DNA of 64,000 nt, from the NCBI GenBank assembly GCA_019637815.1, contig JAHBUZ010000001.1, positions 271,211-335,210 of the forward strand. Direction: 5' to 3'. The stretch is from Chloroflexota bacterium (GTDB lineage Bacteria; Chloroflexota; Limnocylindria; Limnocylindrales; CSP1-4). The position numbers were made by a program, and so were the translations under genes. The notes under the pieces were generated by a model. That model worked only from the letters and a program-made list of their open reading frames with translations, was not told where the DNA came from and did no database searches. Positions 47,724 to 56,847 of this stretch are shown here, piece by piece (position 1 is the first letter of the stretch; each line of letters starts with the position of its first letter).

Positions 47724-49298
47724 GTGAGCCAGCCATCGCCCGACCCAGTCCGCACCGTCTCGACCGCCGGAGCCGGTGCCACGCGCCTCGAGCGCGACCC
47801 GCTCGGCGAGCTGGAGGTCCCGGCGGATGCCTACTACGGGGTCCAGACGGCCAGGGCGATCCGCAACTTCCCCATCAGCGGGCGACTCCCGGACATCGCG
47901 CTCGTACGAGCGGCGGTCCAGGTCAAGAAGGCGGCGGCACGCGCGAACCTCCGGACGGGGCGGCTGCCGGAGCATCTCGCGGGCGCCATCATCCAGGCGG
48001 CGGATGAGATCCTGGGCCTGCGACCGGACAGCGACACCCCGCAGGGACGAGCGCAGCAGGCGCTGCTCGTGGACGCCTTCCGGGTGGACCCGTTCCAGGC
48101 GGGTGCCGGCGTCAGCCACAACATGAACACCAACGAGGTGCTCGCCAACCGGGCCATCGAGATCCTGGCGAGCCAGGGCGTCGGCAGCGGTCGACGCGGG
48201 GACTACGCGGTGGTCAGTCCCAACGACCACGTGAACATGGCCCAGTCGACCAACGACACGTTCCCGACCGCGATGCGGGTGGCCACGCTCGACCGGGCGC
48301 AGGAGACCCTCGCGGCGGTCGAGCAGCTCGCCGATGCCTTCGCGGAGCGGGGAGTGGCGCTGGACGGCGTGCTCAAATCCGGCCGGACGCACATGCAGGA
48401 CGCGGTGCCCATCCGGATGGGCCAGGAGTTCGCGGCGTATGCGCTGACCATCCGTCGCGCGCACGCCCGGATCCTTGCCGCAGCCGAGGGGCTCGCGGAG
48501 CAGAACATCGGGGCGACCGCCGTGGGCACCGGGCTCAACGCGGAGCCCGAGTACATCAGCGCCGTCGTCGAGCTGCTGTCCGAGCAGACCGGCTTCCGGC
48601 TGCGGACCGCGGAGCACCTGGTCCAGGCGACGCAATCGATGGCCCCGATGCTCGACATGTCCGCGGCGCTGCGTGGTCTGGCGGTGGATCTCGCCAAGAT
48701 CATGGAAGACCTGCTGCTCATGTCCTCGGGCCCACGGACCGGGTTCGCGGAGATCCGACTGCCCGCCAGACAGCCCGGGTCCTCGATCATGCCCGGCAAG
48801 GTGAACCCGGTGATGGTCGAGAACCTGTCGATGATCTGCTATCACGTCATCGGCAACGACACCGCGGTCGCCTGGTGCGCCTCACGTGGCCAGCTGGAGC
48901 TGAACGTGATGATGCCCATGATCGCCCACGAGGTGATCGAGGCGTTGAGCGTGCTCACGACCGGTTGCCGCCAGTTCGCGGTGGAGTGCGTGGCGGGCAT
49001 CGAGGCGGACGTCGAGCGCTGCCGGATGCTGCTGGAGCAGTCGAGCGCCATGGCGACCCCGCTCGCGCCCTACATCGGGTACGCCCTGGCCGCAGCGATC
49101 GCCAAGGAGGCGGTCGCCACGGGACGGACCATCCGGGAGCTGGTGCTGGACAAGGGCGTGTTCGACCAGGAGGCCCTCGATGCCATCCTCGACCCCCACG
49201 AGCTGACCGAGCCGGGTGTCGCAGGCGGCTTCCGCTTCGAGCCGCGCATGCCCGAAGGCTACGAGCGACCGACCGGACCGGTCGGCTCCGGGGGGTAG
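47724..49298 (+). CDS. aspA: Aspartate ammonia-lyase (fumarate-lyase superfamily)
   Basis: E.D.LGE.EVPADAYYGVQT.RA..NF.ISG...GVSHNMNTNEV.ANRA...GSSIMPGKVNPVM.E. The SS-loop resembles Bacillus-type aspartase more than FumC. It carries extra N- and C-terminal tails. Confidence 0.8.
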   Translation: MSQPSPDPVRTVSTAGAGATRLERDPLGELEVPADAYYGVQTARAIRNFPISGRLPDIALVRAAVQVKKAAARANLRTGRLPEHLAGAIIQAADEILGLRPDSDTPQGRAQQALLVDAFRVDPFQAGAGVSHNMNTNEVLANRAIEILASQGVGSGRRGDYAVVSPNDHVNMAQSTNDTFPTAMRVATLDRAQETLAAVEQLADAFAERGVALDGVLKSGRTHMQDAVPIRMGQEFAAYALTIRRAHARILAAAEGLAEQNIGATAVGTGLNAEPEYISAVVELLSEQTGFRLRTAEHLVQATQSMAPMLDMSAALRGLAVDLAKIMEDLLLMSSGPRTGFAEIRLPARQPGSSIMPGKVNPVMVENLSMICYHVIGNDTAVAWCASRGQLELNVMMPMIAHEVIEALSVLTTGCRQFAVECVAGIEADVERCRMLLEQSSAMATPLAPYIGYALAAAIAKEAVATGRTIRELVLDKGVFDQEALDAILDPHELTEPGVAGGFRFEPRMPEGYERPTGPVGSGG

Positions 49299-49407
49299 CT
49301 CCACGGAGCGAGTCCCGGCGTGGTTGCCCGGCTCGACGCGAGTGCTACGATCGCTGCGATCCCCGTGCCAGTCGGGGTCGGAGGAGACTTGGGAGGAGAC
49401 ACGCCCC

Positions 49408-50436
49408 ATGCATCGTCGTCTCGCGTCCGTCGTCGGCGCCGCGCTCATCGCGAGTGCACTCGCCGTCCCAGCGGTCGGACAGTCGCCTGAGGGACGGGTC
49501 CCGGACGAGCTCGTCCTCGGCCTGGTGCCATCCAGTGATGCGAACGTGCTCATCACGAACGCCCAGCCGCTCGCGGACTACCTCACGGAGACCCTGGGCA
49601 TCCCCACCAGGAGCCTGGTGCCCACGGATTACACCGCGCTCGTCGTGGCGATGGGCACCGGCGGTGCCGACATCGGCGCCTTCGGTCCGTTCGCGCTCGT
49701 CCAGGCTGCCGATGAGTCCGGTGCGGAGATCGTGCTCCAGTCCGTGCGCAGTGGTTCCACCACGTACCACACGCAGTGGATGACCAATGATCCCGACACC
49801 TTCTGCGCCACCGAGGTGGTGACCATGGTCGCGCCCTCGCAGGAGGAACCGCCGCAGGACGTGACGGTCGGCTTCTGCAATGGCACGGACACCGCCACGC
49901 TGGGGCCCCTCGGCGAGGACGCGCTGGCCAAGATCCCCGCGGGGTCGACCGTCTCGTTCACCGACCAGACGTCCGCCTCCGGCTACATCTACCCGTACGT
50001 CCAGCTGCTGAACGCCGGTATCGGCGACCCGGCGCTCACGCCGGCAGGTGGCGAGGCACCGACCACGGAGATCGCCGCGCTGTTCGCGGGCGGCCATGAC
50101 GCCTCCGTGGCGGCCGTGTGCAAGGGTGATGCCATCGCGGGTGTGAGCTTCAACGACGCCCGGCTGGTGCCGGCCGCTGTCGCAGCATGTGGCACCGACC
50201 AGTCCCGGAACGTCGTGTTCGCACTGTCCCCGGAGATCCCGAACGACGGCGTGGCCGTCGCGGGTGACCTTGATCCCGAGCTGAAGCAGCGCATCACCGA
50301 TGCCCTGCTGGCGTACGGTGAGACGGAGGAGGGCTCCGCGGTCCTGACCTCCATCTACCGCATCAGCAAGTTCGCACCCGCGGACCAGGCGTCGCTCGAG
50401 GTCGTCCGCGAGGCGGCTGCGAAGCTCGGGCTGTAG
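49408..50436 (+). CDS. phnD: Phosphonate/phosphite ABC transporter substrate-binding protein
   Basis: ATG at 49408 after GGGAGGAG, then a signal peptide MHRRLASVVGAALIASALAVPAVG. L.LGLVPS....L....QPLADYL...LG......VPTDY.A.V.AM..G.ADI..FGP...TSASGY.YP is a PhnD pattern. It contains a ~40-aa Cys-containing insert. Confidence 0.85.
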   Translation: MHRRLASVVGAALIASALAVPAVGQSPEGRVPDELVLGLVPSSDANVLITNAQPLADYLTETLGIPTRSLVPTDYTALVVAMGTGGADIGAFGPFALVQAADESGAEIVLQSVRSGSTTYHTQWMTNDPDTFCATEVVTMVAPSQEEPPQDVTVGFCNGTDTATLGPLGEDALAKIPAGSTVSFTDQTSASGYIYPYVQLLNAGIGDPALTPAGGEAPTTEIAALFAGGHDASVAAVCKGDAIAGVSFNDARLVPAAVAACGTDQSRNVVFALSPEIPNDGVAVAGDLDPELKQRITDALLAYGETEEGSAVLTSIYRISKFAPADQASLEVVREAAAKLGL

Positions 50437-50450
50437 TCGGGAACGTCGCT

Positions 50451-51278
50451 CTGACCGCGACCATCGAAGGGCCGGCTTCGGGCCGGCCCTTCACGCACCC
50501 CCGGGGGATCCGGTTCCAGTCCGCCTCGGTCACCTATCGGGGCGGTGTCCGTGCGCTCCGCGAGCTGACCCTGGACATCCCTGCCGGTCAGTTCATGGTC
50601 CTCGTGGGCCTGTCGGGCGCCGGCAAGTCCACGCTCATCCGGGCCATCAACGGGCTGGTGCCGGTCACGGGTGGCAACGTGTTCGTGGGCGACCGGGACG
50701 TCGCGAAGGCATCGGGTCGCCAGCTGCGCGAGATCCGTGCCGGCATCGGCATGATCTTCCAGGGCTTCAACCTCGTGAAGCGCGCGTCCGTCATGGACAA
50801 CGTGCTCATGGGCCGATTGCATGCGACATCGTCCTGGCGCTCCCTGCTGGGTCGCTGGACCGCCGCGGACCTGGAGCTGGGATTCGAGGCGCTCGAACGC
50901 GTGGGCATCGTGGACAAGGCCTGGGTGCGCGCGTCCGACCTGTCGGGCGGGCAACAGCAGCGGGTCGGCATCGCGCGGGCGCTCGCCCAGGGACCCGGCA
51001 TCCTGCTCGCCGACGAGCCGGTCGCCTCGCTCGACCCACCGACCTCGCACCAGGTGATGCGGGACCTGCAGCGCATCAACCGGGAGCTGGGCATCACGAC
51101 CATCGTCAACCTCCACTTCCTGGACCTCGCCCGGACGTATGGCGACCGGGTCATCGGTCTGCGTGCCGGCGAGATGGTCTACGACGGGACCGGCGCCGCC
51201 GCGGACGAGCAGGTGTTCCGGGACATCTATGGCCGGTCGTTGACCAGCGACGACCTGCTGGGTGCGCCCGGGTCGTGA
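50451..51278 (+). CDS. phnC: Phosphonate ABC transporter ATP-binding protein (start codon uncertain)
   Basis: GLSGAGKSTLIR.ING Walker [28 protein letters not shown] and NLH. The conserved N-terminal strand [29 protein letters not shown] lies upstream of the first ATG (50595). The frame opens at 50322 with no ATG/GTG/TTG. CTG at 50451 is my guess for the start. Confidence 0.8.
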   Translation: MTATIEGPASGRPFTHPRGIRFQSASVTYRGGVRALRELTLDIPAGQFMVLVGLSGAGKSTLIRAINGLVPVTGGNVFVGDRDVAKASGRQLREIRAGIGMIFQGFNLVKRASVMDNVLMGRLHATSSWRSLLGRWTAADLELGFEALERVGIVDKAWVRASDLSGGQQQRVGIARALAQGPGILLADEPVASLDPPTSHQVMRDLQRINRELGITTIVNLHFLDLARTYGDRVIGLRAGEMVYDGTGAAADEQVFRDIYGRSLTSDDLLGAPGS

Positions 51279-52107
51279 CGACGCGTTCCCGGTGACCGCA
51301 CTCCCGTCCGGCGCCCGGCCCGTCCGACCCGCCCGACCGCGCCGATCGCTGTTCGGGATCGTCGCGCTCGTGGTCGGCGTCGTGATCACCCTCTGGTTCG
51401 CGGCACCGACCCCGATCGGGATCGGGTTCGACCTGGGCAAGCTCGCTGCCAACTGGTCGCGCGGCCAGAGGATCCTGGGCGAGCTCCTCTCCCCGAACTT
51501 CGCGTTCTTCCCGCAGACCGTGCGGCCGCTCATCGAGACGTTCCAGATGGCCGTCGTGGCCTGCGTCATCGGCTGCGCGGTCGCACTCCCGCTGTCGTTC
51601 CTGGCGTCGCGGGTGACCTCGCCGGGCCGCTGGGTGCTGTGGCTGGATCGCTCGGTCCTGAGCGTCATCAGGGCGCTCCCGGACCTGCTGTATGCGGTCG
51701 TGTTCGTGGCCGCGGTGGGCATCGGACCCCTGGCGGGCGTGCTCGCCCTCATCCTGTTCAACATCGGCGTCGTGGCCAAGCTCCTGTCGGAGACCGTCGA
51801 TGCCGTGGACACCGGCCCCATCGAGGCGGCATGGGCGGTCGGTGCGACGCGCACCCAGATGGTCCGGAGCGCAGCGCTGCCCCAGGTCATGCCCAACTTC
51901 ATCGCCTTCGCGCTGTACACGTTCGAGCTGAACATCCGCGCCTCGACGGTCCTGGGCATCGTGGGCGCGGGCGGCCTGGGGACCACCTTGAACACCCAGA
52001 TGCGAGCGTTCAACTTCGAGAACGTGGGACTCGTGGTGCTCGAGCTGTTCGTGCTCGTGATGCTCATCGAGCTGGTGTCGGTCAGCCTCCGCAGGCGGCT
52101 GGTATGA
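51262..52107 (+). CDS. phnE: Phosphonate ABC transporter permease
   Basis: ...ETF.MA..A..IG...ALPLSFLASR...R.LPDL..A..FVA.VG.GPLAGVLAL...N.GV..KL..E..D....GP.EA. Alternative start at GTG 51292. Confidence 0.85.
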   Translation: MRPGRDDAFPVTALPSGARPVRPARPRRSLFGIVALVVGVVITLWFAAPTPIGIGFDLGKLAANWSRGQRILGELLSPNFAFFPQTVRPLIETFQMAVVACVIGCAVALPLSFLASRVTSPGRWVLWLDRSVLSVIRALPDLLYAVVFVAAVGIGPLAGVLALILFNIGVVAKLLSETVDAVDTGPIEAAWAVGATRTQMVRSAALPQVMPNFIAFALYTFELNIRASTVLGIVGAGGLGTTLNTQMRAFNFENVGLVVLELFVLVMLIELVSVSLRRRLV

Positions 52108-52988
52108 GCATCACCCGGACCCGACCGGACCGGCCGTCCCGCGTCAAGCGGGACCTGGCGCTGCTGGTCGTCGTGCTCGTGTTCCTGTGGGCGACGGTCG
52201 GCCTGGGCTTCAAGATCGAGCGGCTGGTGGATCTGCCCGCCAGCCTGGGCCATCTCATCGGCAGCATGCTCCTGCCGCCCGCCTGGGACTACGTGGGCGA
52301 GGCGATGTCCGCGATGCTGGTGTCCATCCAGATCGCCTGGATCGGCACGCTCATCGGCGCCGTCCTGTCGCTGCCGTTCGGGTTCTTCGCCGCACACAAC
52401 GTCTCGCCCCGTCCGGTGAGCGTCGCCATCCGGGTGGTCCTGGACGCCATCCGTGCGGTGCCGGAGCTGGTGCTGCTGCTGGTGGTCTTCGTGCCCGTCG
52501 CGGGTCTTGGACCGTTCCCCGCGGCGCTGGCCATCGGTGTCCACTCCGTGGGGACCCTGGGCAAGCTGACCGCGGAGGCCATCGAATCGATCGACCCGGG
52601 TCCCGTGGAGGCGGCTCGTGCCTCCGGTGCGAGCTCGCTCCAGGTCCAGCGCTGGGGGGTGCTGCCGCAGGTGCTGCCGGAGGTGGTCGCGTTCTGGCTG
52701 TATCGCTTCGAGATCAACATCCGCGCCGCATCCGTCCTGGGCATCGTCGGCGCCGGCGGTGTCGGCGCGCAGCTGACCGAGAACATCCGCTATGGGCGGT
52801 ACAGCGACGCGGGCATGGTCATCGTGGTGGTGATCGTGGCGACCATCCTCATCGATGCCGTGTCAGGTCGGGTGCGGCGGCGGATCATCGAAGGGCCCGG
52901 GTCCTCTGGTCCGCCGAGCGCTCTCGAGGAGCCGGAGCACCTCGTCGCCGAGCCTGCGTCCCGACCGTCGACGGCCGCAGCATCCTAG
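52104..52988 (+). CDS. phnE: Phosphonate ABC transporter permease (second copy)
   Basis: ATG at 52104 overlaps the upstream stop (ATGA). A paralogous PhnE pattern: ...IRAVPEL....VFV...GLGPF.A.LAIG.HSVG.LGKL..EAIE..D.GP.EA. Confidence 0.85.
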   Translation: MSITRTRPDRPSRVKRDLALLVVVLVFLWATVGLGFKIERLVDLPASLGHLIGSMLLPPAWDYVGEAMSAMLVSIQIAWIGTLIGAVLSLPFGFFAAHNVSPRPVSVAIRVVLDAIRAVPELVLLLVVFVPVAGLGPFPAALAIGVHSVGTLGKLTAEAIESIDPGPVEAARASGASSLQVQRWGVLPQVLPEVVAFWLYRFEINIRAASVLGIVGAGGVGAQLTENIRYGRYSDAGMVIVVVIVATILIDAVSGRVRRRIIEGPGSSGPPSALEEPEHLVAEPASRPSTAAAS

Positions 52989-53002
52989 ACTGGCGGCCGG
53001 AC

Positions 53003-54028
53003 ATGACCCCGACGACCTTCATCCTGCGCACCCGCGAGACCCGCGAGACCGAGGAGCTGGAGCGCCTCGCACCAGCCGCCGTGCCCGCCATCCGGTCACG
53101 GGGTCGGGTGCGCCCGGAGCCGCCCGATCGATTGCGGACCGCGTTCGAGCGCGACCGGGACCGGATCCTCCATGCCAAGGCCTTCCGACGGCTCAAGCAC
53201 AAGACGCAGGTATTCATCGATCCCGAGGGCGACCACTACGTGACACGCCTGACACACACGCTCCAGGTGACCCAGATCGCCCGGTCGCTGGCCGCCGCGC
53301 TGTCGCTCAACGAGACGCTCGCGGAGGCCATCGCGCTGGGTCATGACGTGGGCCACTCCCCGTTCGGGCATACGGGTGAGGAGGCGCTCTCGCCGTACTT
53401 CCCCACGAGCGGCGGCTGGCATCACGCGGCCCAGAGCGTGCGCATCTTCGAGGTGCTGGAGGACCTCAACCTCACGTGGGAGGTGCGGGACGGCATCCGG
53501 GCCCATTCCTGGCGCATCGACCCGCCGCCCGCCACCCAGGAGGCGATGTGCATCCGCTACGCGGACCGCATCGCGTACCTCACCCATGACGTCCTCGATG
53601 CGATGCGTGCCGGCCTCATCACGGCGGATGACCTGCCAGCGGCCATCGGCGAGCGGTTCGGTGCCGTGGGCAGCGACTGGATCGGGGCCATGATCGAGGC
53701 GGTCGTGGACCATTCGATGACCGTCGGTGAGGTCGCCATGGATCCGGAGTCCCTGGCCGTCATGAACCAGCTGCGGGACTTCATGTTCCAGCGGGTGTAT
53801 CTGGGGCCCGAGCAGCGGCGCCATCACCGTGAGGCGATCGACCTCATCCGGCGGCTCGTGGATCACCACCTGGCCCATCCGGACGAGCTGCCGATGTCCT
53901 ACCGCGACACGGAGGCGGACCTCGTCACCCAGGTGGCCGACTATGTGGCGGGCATGACCGACCGATACGCCATCGCCACCCACCAGCGCCTGTTCGGGAC
54001 CCCCGGCATGGCCGACCCGGTGCTGTAG
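53003..54028 (+). CDS. dgt: dGTP triphosphohydrolase-like HD-domain protein
   Basis: R..FERDRDRI.H.KAFRRL..KTQVF......HY.TRLTH.L.V.QIAR.....L.LNE.L.EA.ALGHD.GH.PFGH is typical of the short Dgt-like family. Confidence 0.85.
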   Translation: MTPTTFILRTRETRETEELERLAPAAVPAIRSRGRVRPEPPDRLRTAFERDRDRILHAKAFRRLKHKTQVFIDPEGDHYVTRLTHTLQVTQIARSLAAALSLNETLAEAIALGHDVGHSPFGHTGEEALSPYFPTSGGWHHAAQSVRIFEVLEDLNLTWEVRDGIRAHSWRIDPPPATQEAMCIRYADRIAYLTHDVLDAMRAGLITADDLPAAIGERFGAVGSDWIGAMIEAVVDHSMTVGEVAMDPESLAVMNQLRDFMFQRVYLGPEQRRHHREAIDLIRRLVDHHLAHPDELPMSYRDTEADLVTQVADYVAGMTDRYAIATHQRLFGTPGMADPVL

Positions 54029-54030
54029 GC

Positions 54031-54627
54031 ATGTCCGACCGACTGACCGACTCGCCCGAGCACCTCCGCCTGGGCATCGACATGGACGGCGTGGTCGCGG
54101 ACTTCAACGCCGGCTGGATCGAGCGCTACAACCGGGACTTCGGCGCGGCGCTCCATCCCGATCACGTGGTGGGTTGGGACGAGCTCCATGGCCTCACCAC
54201 GTTCGGCTCGATGGGCGAGTTCTGGGAGTGGGCGCGTGGCAACGGCCGGAGCGTGTTCCGGGACCTGCCGCCCATGCCGGGAGCGCTCGAGGCGCTCCGC
54301 GAGCTGTCCCGCGACCACCGCATCGTCATCATCACGGCACGCTTCGACTGGGCGATCGGCGACACCCTCGGCTGGCTGTCCGAGCACGGCGTGCTGGCAC
54401 GCGAGGTCCACTTCACGGCGACCAAGTACGAGGTCGCCTGTGACGTCTACCTGGACGACTCGCCGTACCAGATCGACGCGCTGGCCCATGGTCGACCGGA
54501 TGCGACCGTGTGTCGCCGCGTGACGGCCTGGAACCGCCCGGTCGCGGGGGTCCGCGACGTGACCACCTGGCCCGAGTTCCAGGACGTGGTCGCGGACGTC
54601 GCGGCCGGTCGTCTGAACGGGTCCTGA
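54031..54627 (+). CDS. 5'(3')-deoxyribonucleotidase-like HAD phosphatase (NT5C family)
   Basis: LGIDMDGVVADF is the DxDGV HAD motif I, and the size (198 aa) fits. Only 2 nt separate it from the dgt-like gene. Confidence 0.7.
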   Translation: MSDRLTDSPEHLRLGIDMDGVVADFNAGWIERYNRDFGAALHPDHVVGWDELHGLTTFGSMGEFWEWARGNGRSVFRDLPPMPGALEALRELSRDHRIVIITARFDWAIGDTLGWLSEHGVLAREVHFTATKYEVACDVYLDDSPYQIDALAHGRPDATVCRRVTAWNRPVAGVRDVTTWPEFQDVVADVAAGRLNGS

Positions 54628-54630
54628 GGC

Positions 54631-55410
54631 GTGCCGCTGGTCGTTGCCAATGGCATCGAGATGCAGGTGACCACGGAGGGATCGGGTCCGCCTCTGGTGC
54701 TGCTGCATGGTGCGAGCTCATCCGCGACCGAGGACTGGGCGCAGCAGCGACCCCTGTTCCGGCAGTCCTTCACGTGCCACCTGGTCGATGCCCGGGGTCA
54801 CGCGGGCACGCGCTGGGACGCGCGGGACGGCTGGTCACGGGACACGCTCGTGGAAGACCTCCGAGCGCTCGCCGATGCGCTCGGTCTCGAGACGTTCCAT
54901 GTGGCGGGCTTCTCGATGGGGGCCATGACCGCCATCACCTTCGCGACCCGCTGGCCGGAGCGACTCCGGAGCGCGATCATCGTGGGCATCGACGTCCAGC
55001 CCGAGCCACGTACGTCGATCGCGCGACGAGCCATGGACCCCGAGCGCATCGAGCGGGAGGAGCCGGCATGGGCCGCCCAGCTGGAACGACGCCACGGTCC
55101 GGTGCAGGGTCCTGGTGCGTGGCGGGCGCTCATGGCGGCCATGGCCGCGGAGGTCGCCGATCAGGTCCCCCTGACGCCGGCCGAGCTACGTGGCGCGCGC
55201 GCGCCGAGCCTGCTGGCGTGTGGTGACCGCGACCCGTGGGTGCCACTCGACCACGCGGTGCAGCTCCACCGTCAGCTGCCCGACTCGCGACTGCTGGTGG
55301 TGCCCGACTGCACGCACGTGGTGCCGGTCCGTCAGCCGGCGCTGTTCAACGCGGCCGCGCTCGCCTTCTGGCGCTCGATCGGGGCCCTGCCCGGGCCGTC
55401 GACCCCATGA
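54631..55410 (+). CDS. Alpha/beta-fold hydrolase
   Basis: PLVLLHG..SS...W..Q...; nucleophile elbow VAGFSMGA; C-terminal ...P.C.H. with the catalytic His. Confidence 0.8.
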   Translation: MPLVVANGIEMQVTTEGSGPPLVLLHGASSSATEDWAQQRPLFRQSFTCHLVDARGHAGTRWDARDGWSRDTLVEDLRALADALGLETFHVAGFSMGAMTAITFATRWPERLRSAIIVGIDVQPEPRTSIARRAMDPERIEREEPAWAAQLERRHGPVQGPGAWRALMAAMAAEVADQVPLTPAELRGARAPSLLACGDRDPWVPLDHAVQLHRQLPDSRLLVVPDCTHVVPVRQPALFNAAALAFWRSIGALPGPSTP

Positions 55411-56216
55411 CGACGCAGCCCATCATCCGGGTGGAGCTGCCTGCCGCGGCGCCGTCGGCGGCTGCGCCCGTGGCAGGTGTCGCGCTCGTGACCATCCACC
55501 GGCCCGAGGTGCTCAACGCGCTCGACCGGTCGACCATGCGCTCGCTCGCGGAAACCCTCGAGACGCTCGACGCCGATCCGGCCTGCCGGGCCATCGTCAT
55601 CACGGGGGCCGGTGAGCGGGCGTTCGCGGCGGGCGCCGACATCCGGGCCATGGTCGACATGTCCCGCGAGGACCACCTCGCCGACGATCCGCTGGCGGCC
55701 TGGGACCGGGTCGCGGCGATCGGCACGCCCACCATCGCGGCGGTCCGGGGCTACTGTCTGGGCGGCGGGTTCGAGCTCGCGCTCGCATGCCACATGGTCG
55801 TGGCCGCCGATGACGCGGTCCTCGGGTTGCCGGAGGTCGGGTTGGGCATCATGCCCGGTGCTGGCGGCACGCAGCGGCTGACCCGGATCGTGGGACCGGC
55901 GCGGGCCACGGAGCTCATCCTGACCGGCCGCCGGATGGACGCCCGGGAAGCGGACCGACTGGGGCTGGTGAGTCGGCTGGTGCCCGCTGCCGACCTGCTG
56001 GACGCGGCCCTCGCGCTCGCCGCGGCCGTCGCGGCCATGCCGACACAGGCCGTGCGTGCGGCGCTCGGGGCCATCGCCGCGGCATCGCGACTCCCGTTGG
56101 ACCAGGGCGTGGCCCTCGAGCGCCGACTGTTCGCGGACCTATTCGATACCCCGGACCAGGCCGAGGGGATGCGTGCGTTCCTCGAACGACGGGAGCCGCG
56201 CTGGTCCGATCGCTGA
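55407..56216 (+). CDS. Enoyl-CoA hydratase/isomerase (crotonase) family protein
   Basis: ...I.RPE.LNAL......L...L..LD.D...RAIVITGAGERAFAAGADI...GGGFELALACH...A.LGLPEV.LGI.PG.GGTQRL. Confidence 0.9.
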   Translation: MTTQPIIRVELPAAAPSAAAPVAGVALVTIHRPEVLNALDRSTMRSLAETLETLDADPACRAIVITGAGERAFAAGADIRAMVDMSREDHLADDPLAAWDRVAAIGTPTIAAVRGYCLGGGFELALACHMVVAADDAVLGLPEVGLGIMPGAGGTQRLTRIVGPARATELILTGRRMDAREADRLGLVSRLVPAADLLDAALALAAAVAAMPTQAVRAALGAIAAASRLPLDQGVALERRLFADLFDTPDQAEGMRAFLERREPRWSDR

Positions 56217-56243
56217 GGTCCGCTGGGCTCGTCCTGGGAGCGG

Positions 56244-56693
56244 TCAGCCGCCGCGGAGCCCGGACACGATGCGCTCGATCCGGCGTGCCCGGGTCTCGGG
56301 CGCCTTCGCGGTCTCGACCTGCCGGACGTGCTCCTTGCGCCTCGATGGAGCCAGTCCGTCGAACGCCTCTCGACCGCCCGGGACCGCCGCCAGGGCGGCC
56401 GCCAGGTCGGCTGGCACCTCGACGGTACGTGGCTGGGTGTCCAGCTCGAGGGTGACCTCCATGGGATCGCCGGGACCGAGACCGGTGCGTGCCCGATGCT
56501 CCTTCGCGAACGGGATCATGTACCGACCACCCATCGAGGCGATGGTGCTGCGATACGTGTGGTCGCCGACGGTCACGACCACGGCCGGTCGCCGCGATCC
56601 ACCGAGGGTCGCCACGACCTCCGCTGGCACCTCGATGCCCGTGGCGTCGAGGGTGTCGTCCTTGAGCAGATGGGTCCGGAAGGTGGTCGCCAT
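56244..56693 (-). CDS. DUF1905 plus YdeI/OmpD-associated-domain protein
   Basis: MATTFRT.L......ATGI.VP.EVV..LG...RP.V.VTV....YRST...MGG.YM.P... followed by ...VP.DL..AL......AF..L..S.RKE.V..V..AK..ETR.RRI. Track ORF 56244..56729 extends 12 codons further. Confidence 0.7.
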   Translation of the reverse strand: MATTFRTHLLKDDTLDATGIEVPAEVVATLGGSRRPAVVVTVGDHTYRSTIASMGGRYMIPFAKEHRARTGLGPGDPMEVTLELDTQPRTVEVPADLAAALAAVPGGREAFDGLAPSRRKEHVRQVETAKAPETRARRIERIVSGLRGG

Positions 56694-56847
56694 GGGGACA
56701 GGATAGGCCGGTCGTCGAGTCGCGCCCATCCGCCGCAGGCCATCGTTCGCCCTGGGGTCCTGCCCCGGTCGGGTCGATCGGTGTGGGGTCGTCCTGTGAC
56801 CTTCGGGTCATCCTGGTGGGGTCCGGACCCGGTGCTACAGTCCAGCG

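Noticed and set aside
53003-54028. The dGTPase-like protein, considered as a nucleotide-depletion phage-defence gene.
   Set aside because: It is the short housekeeping Dgt-like type, embedded among metabolic and transport genes. No other defence or mobile-element genes are nearby, so nothing in the sequence supports a defence role.
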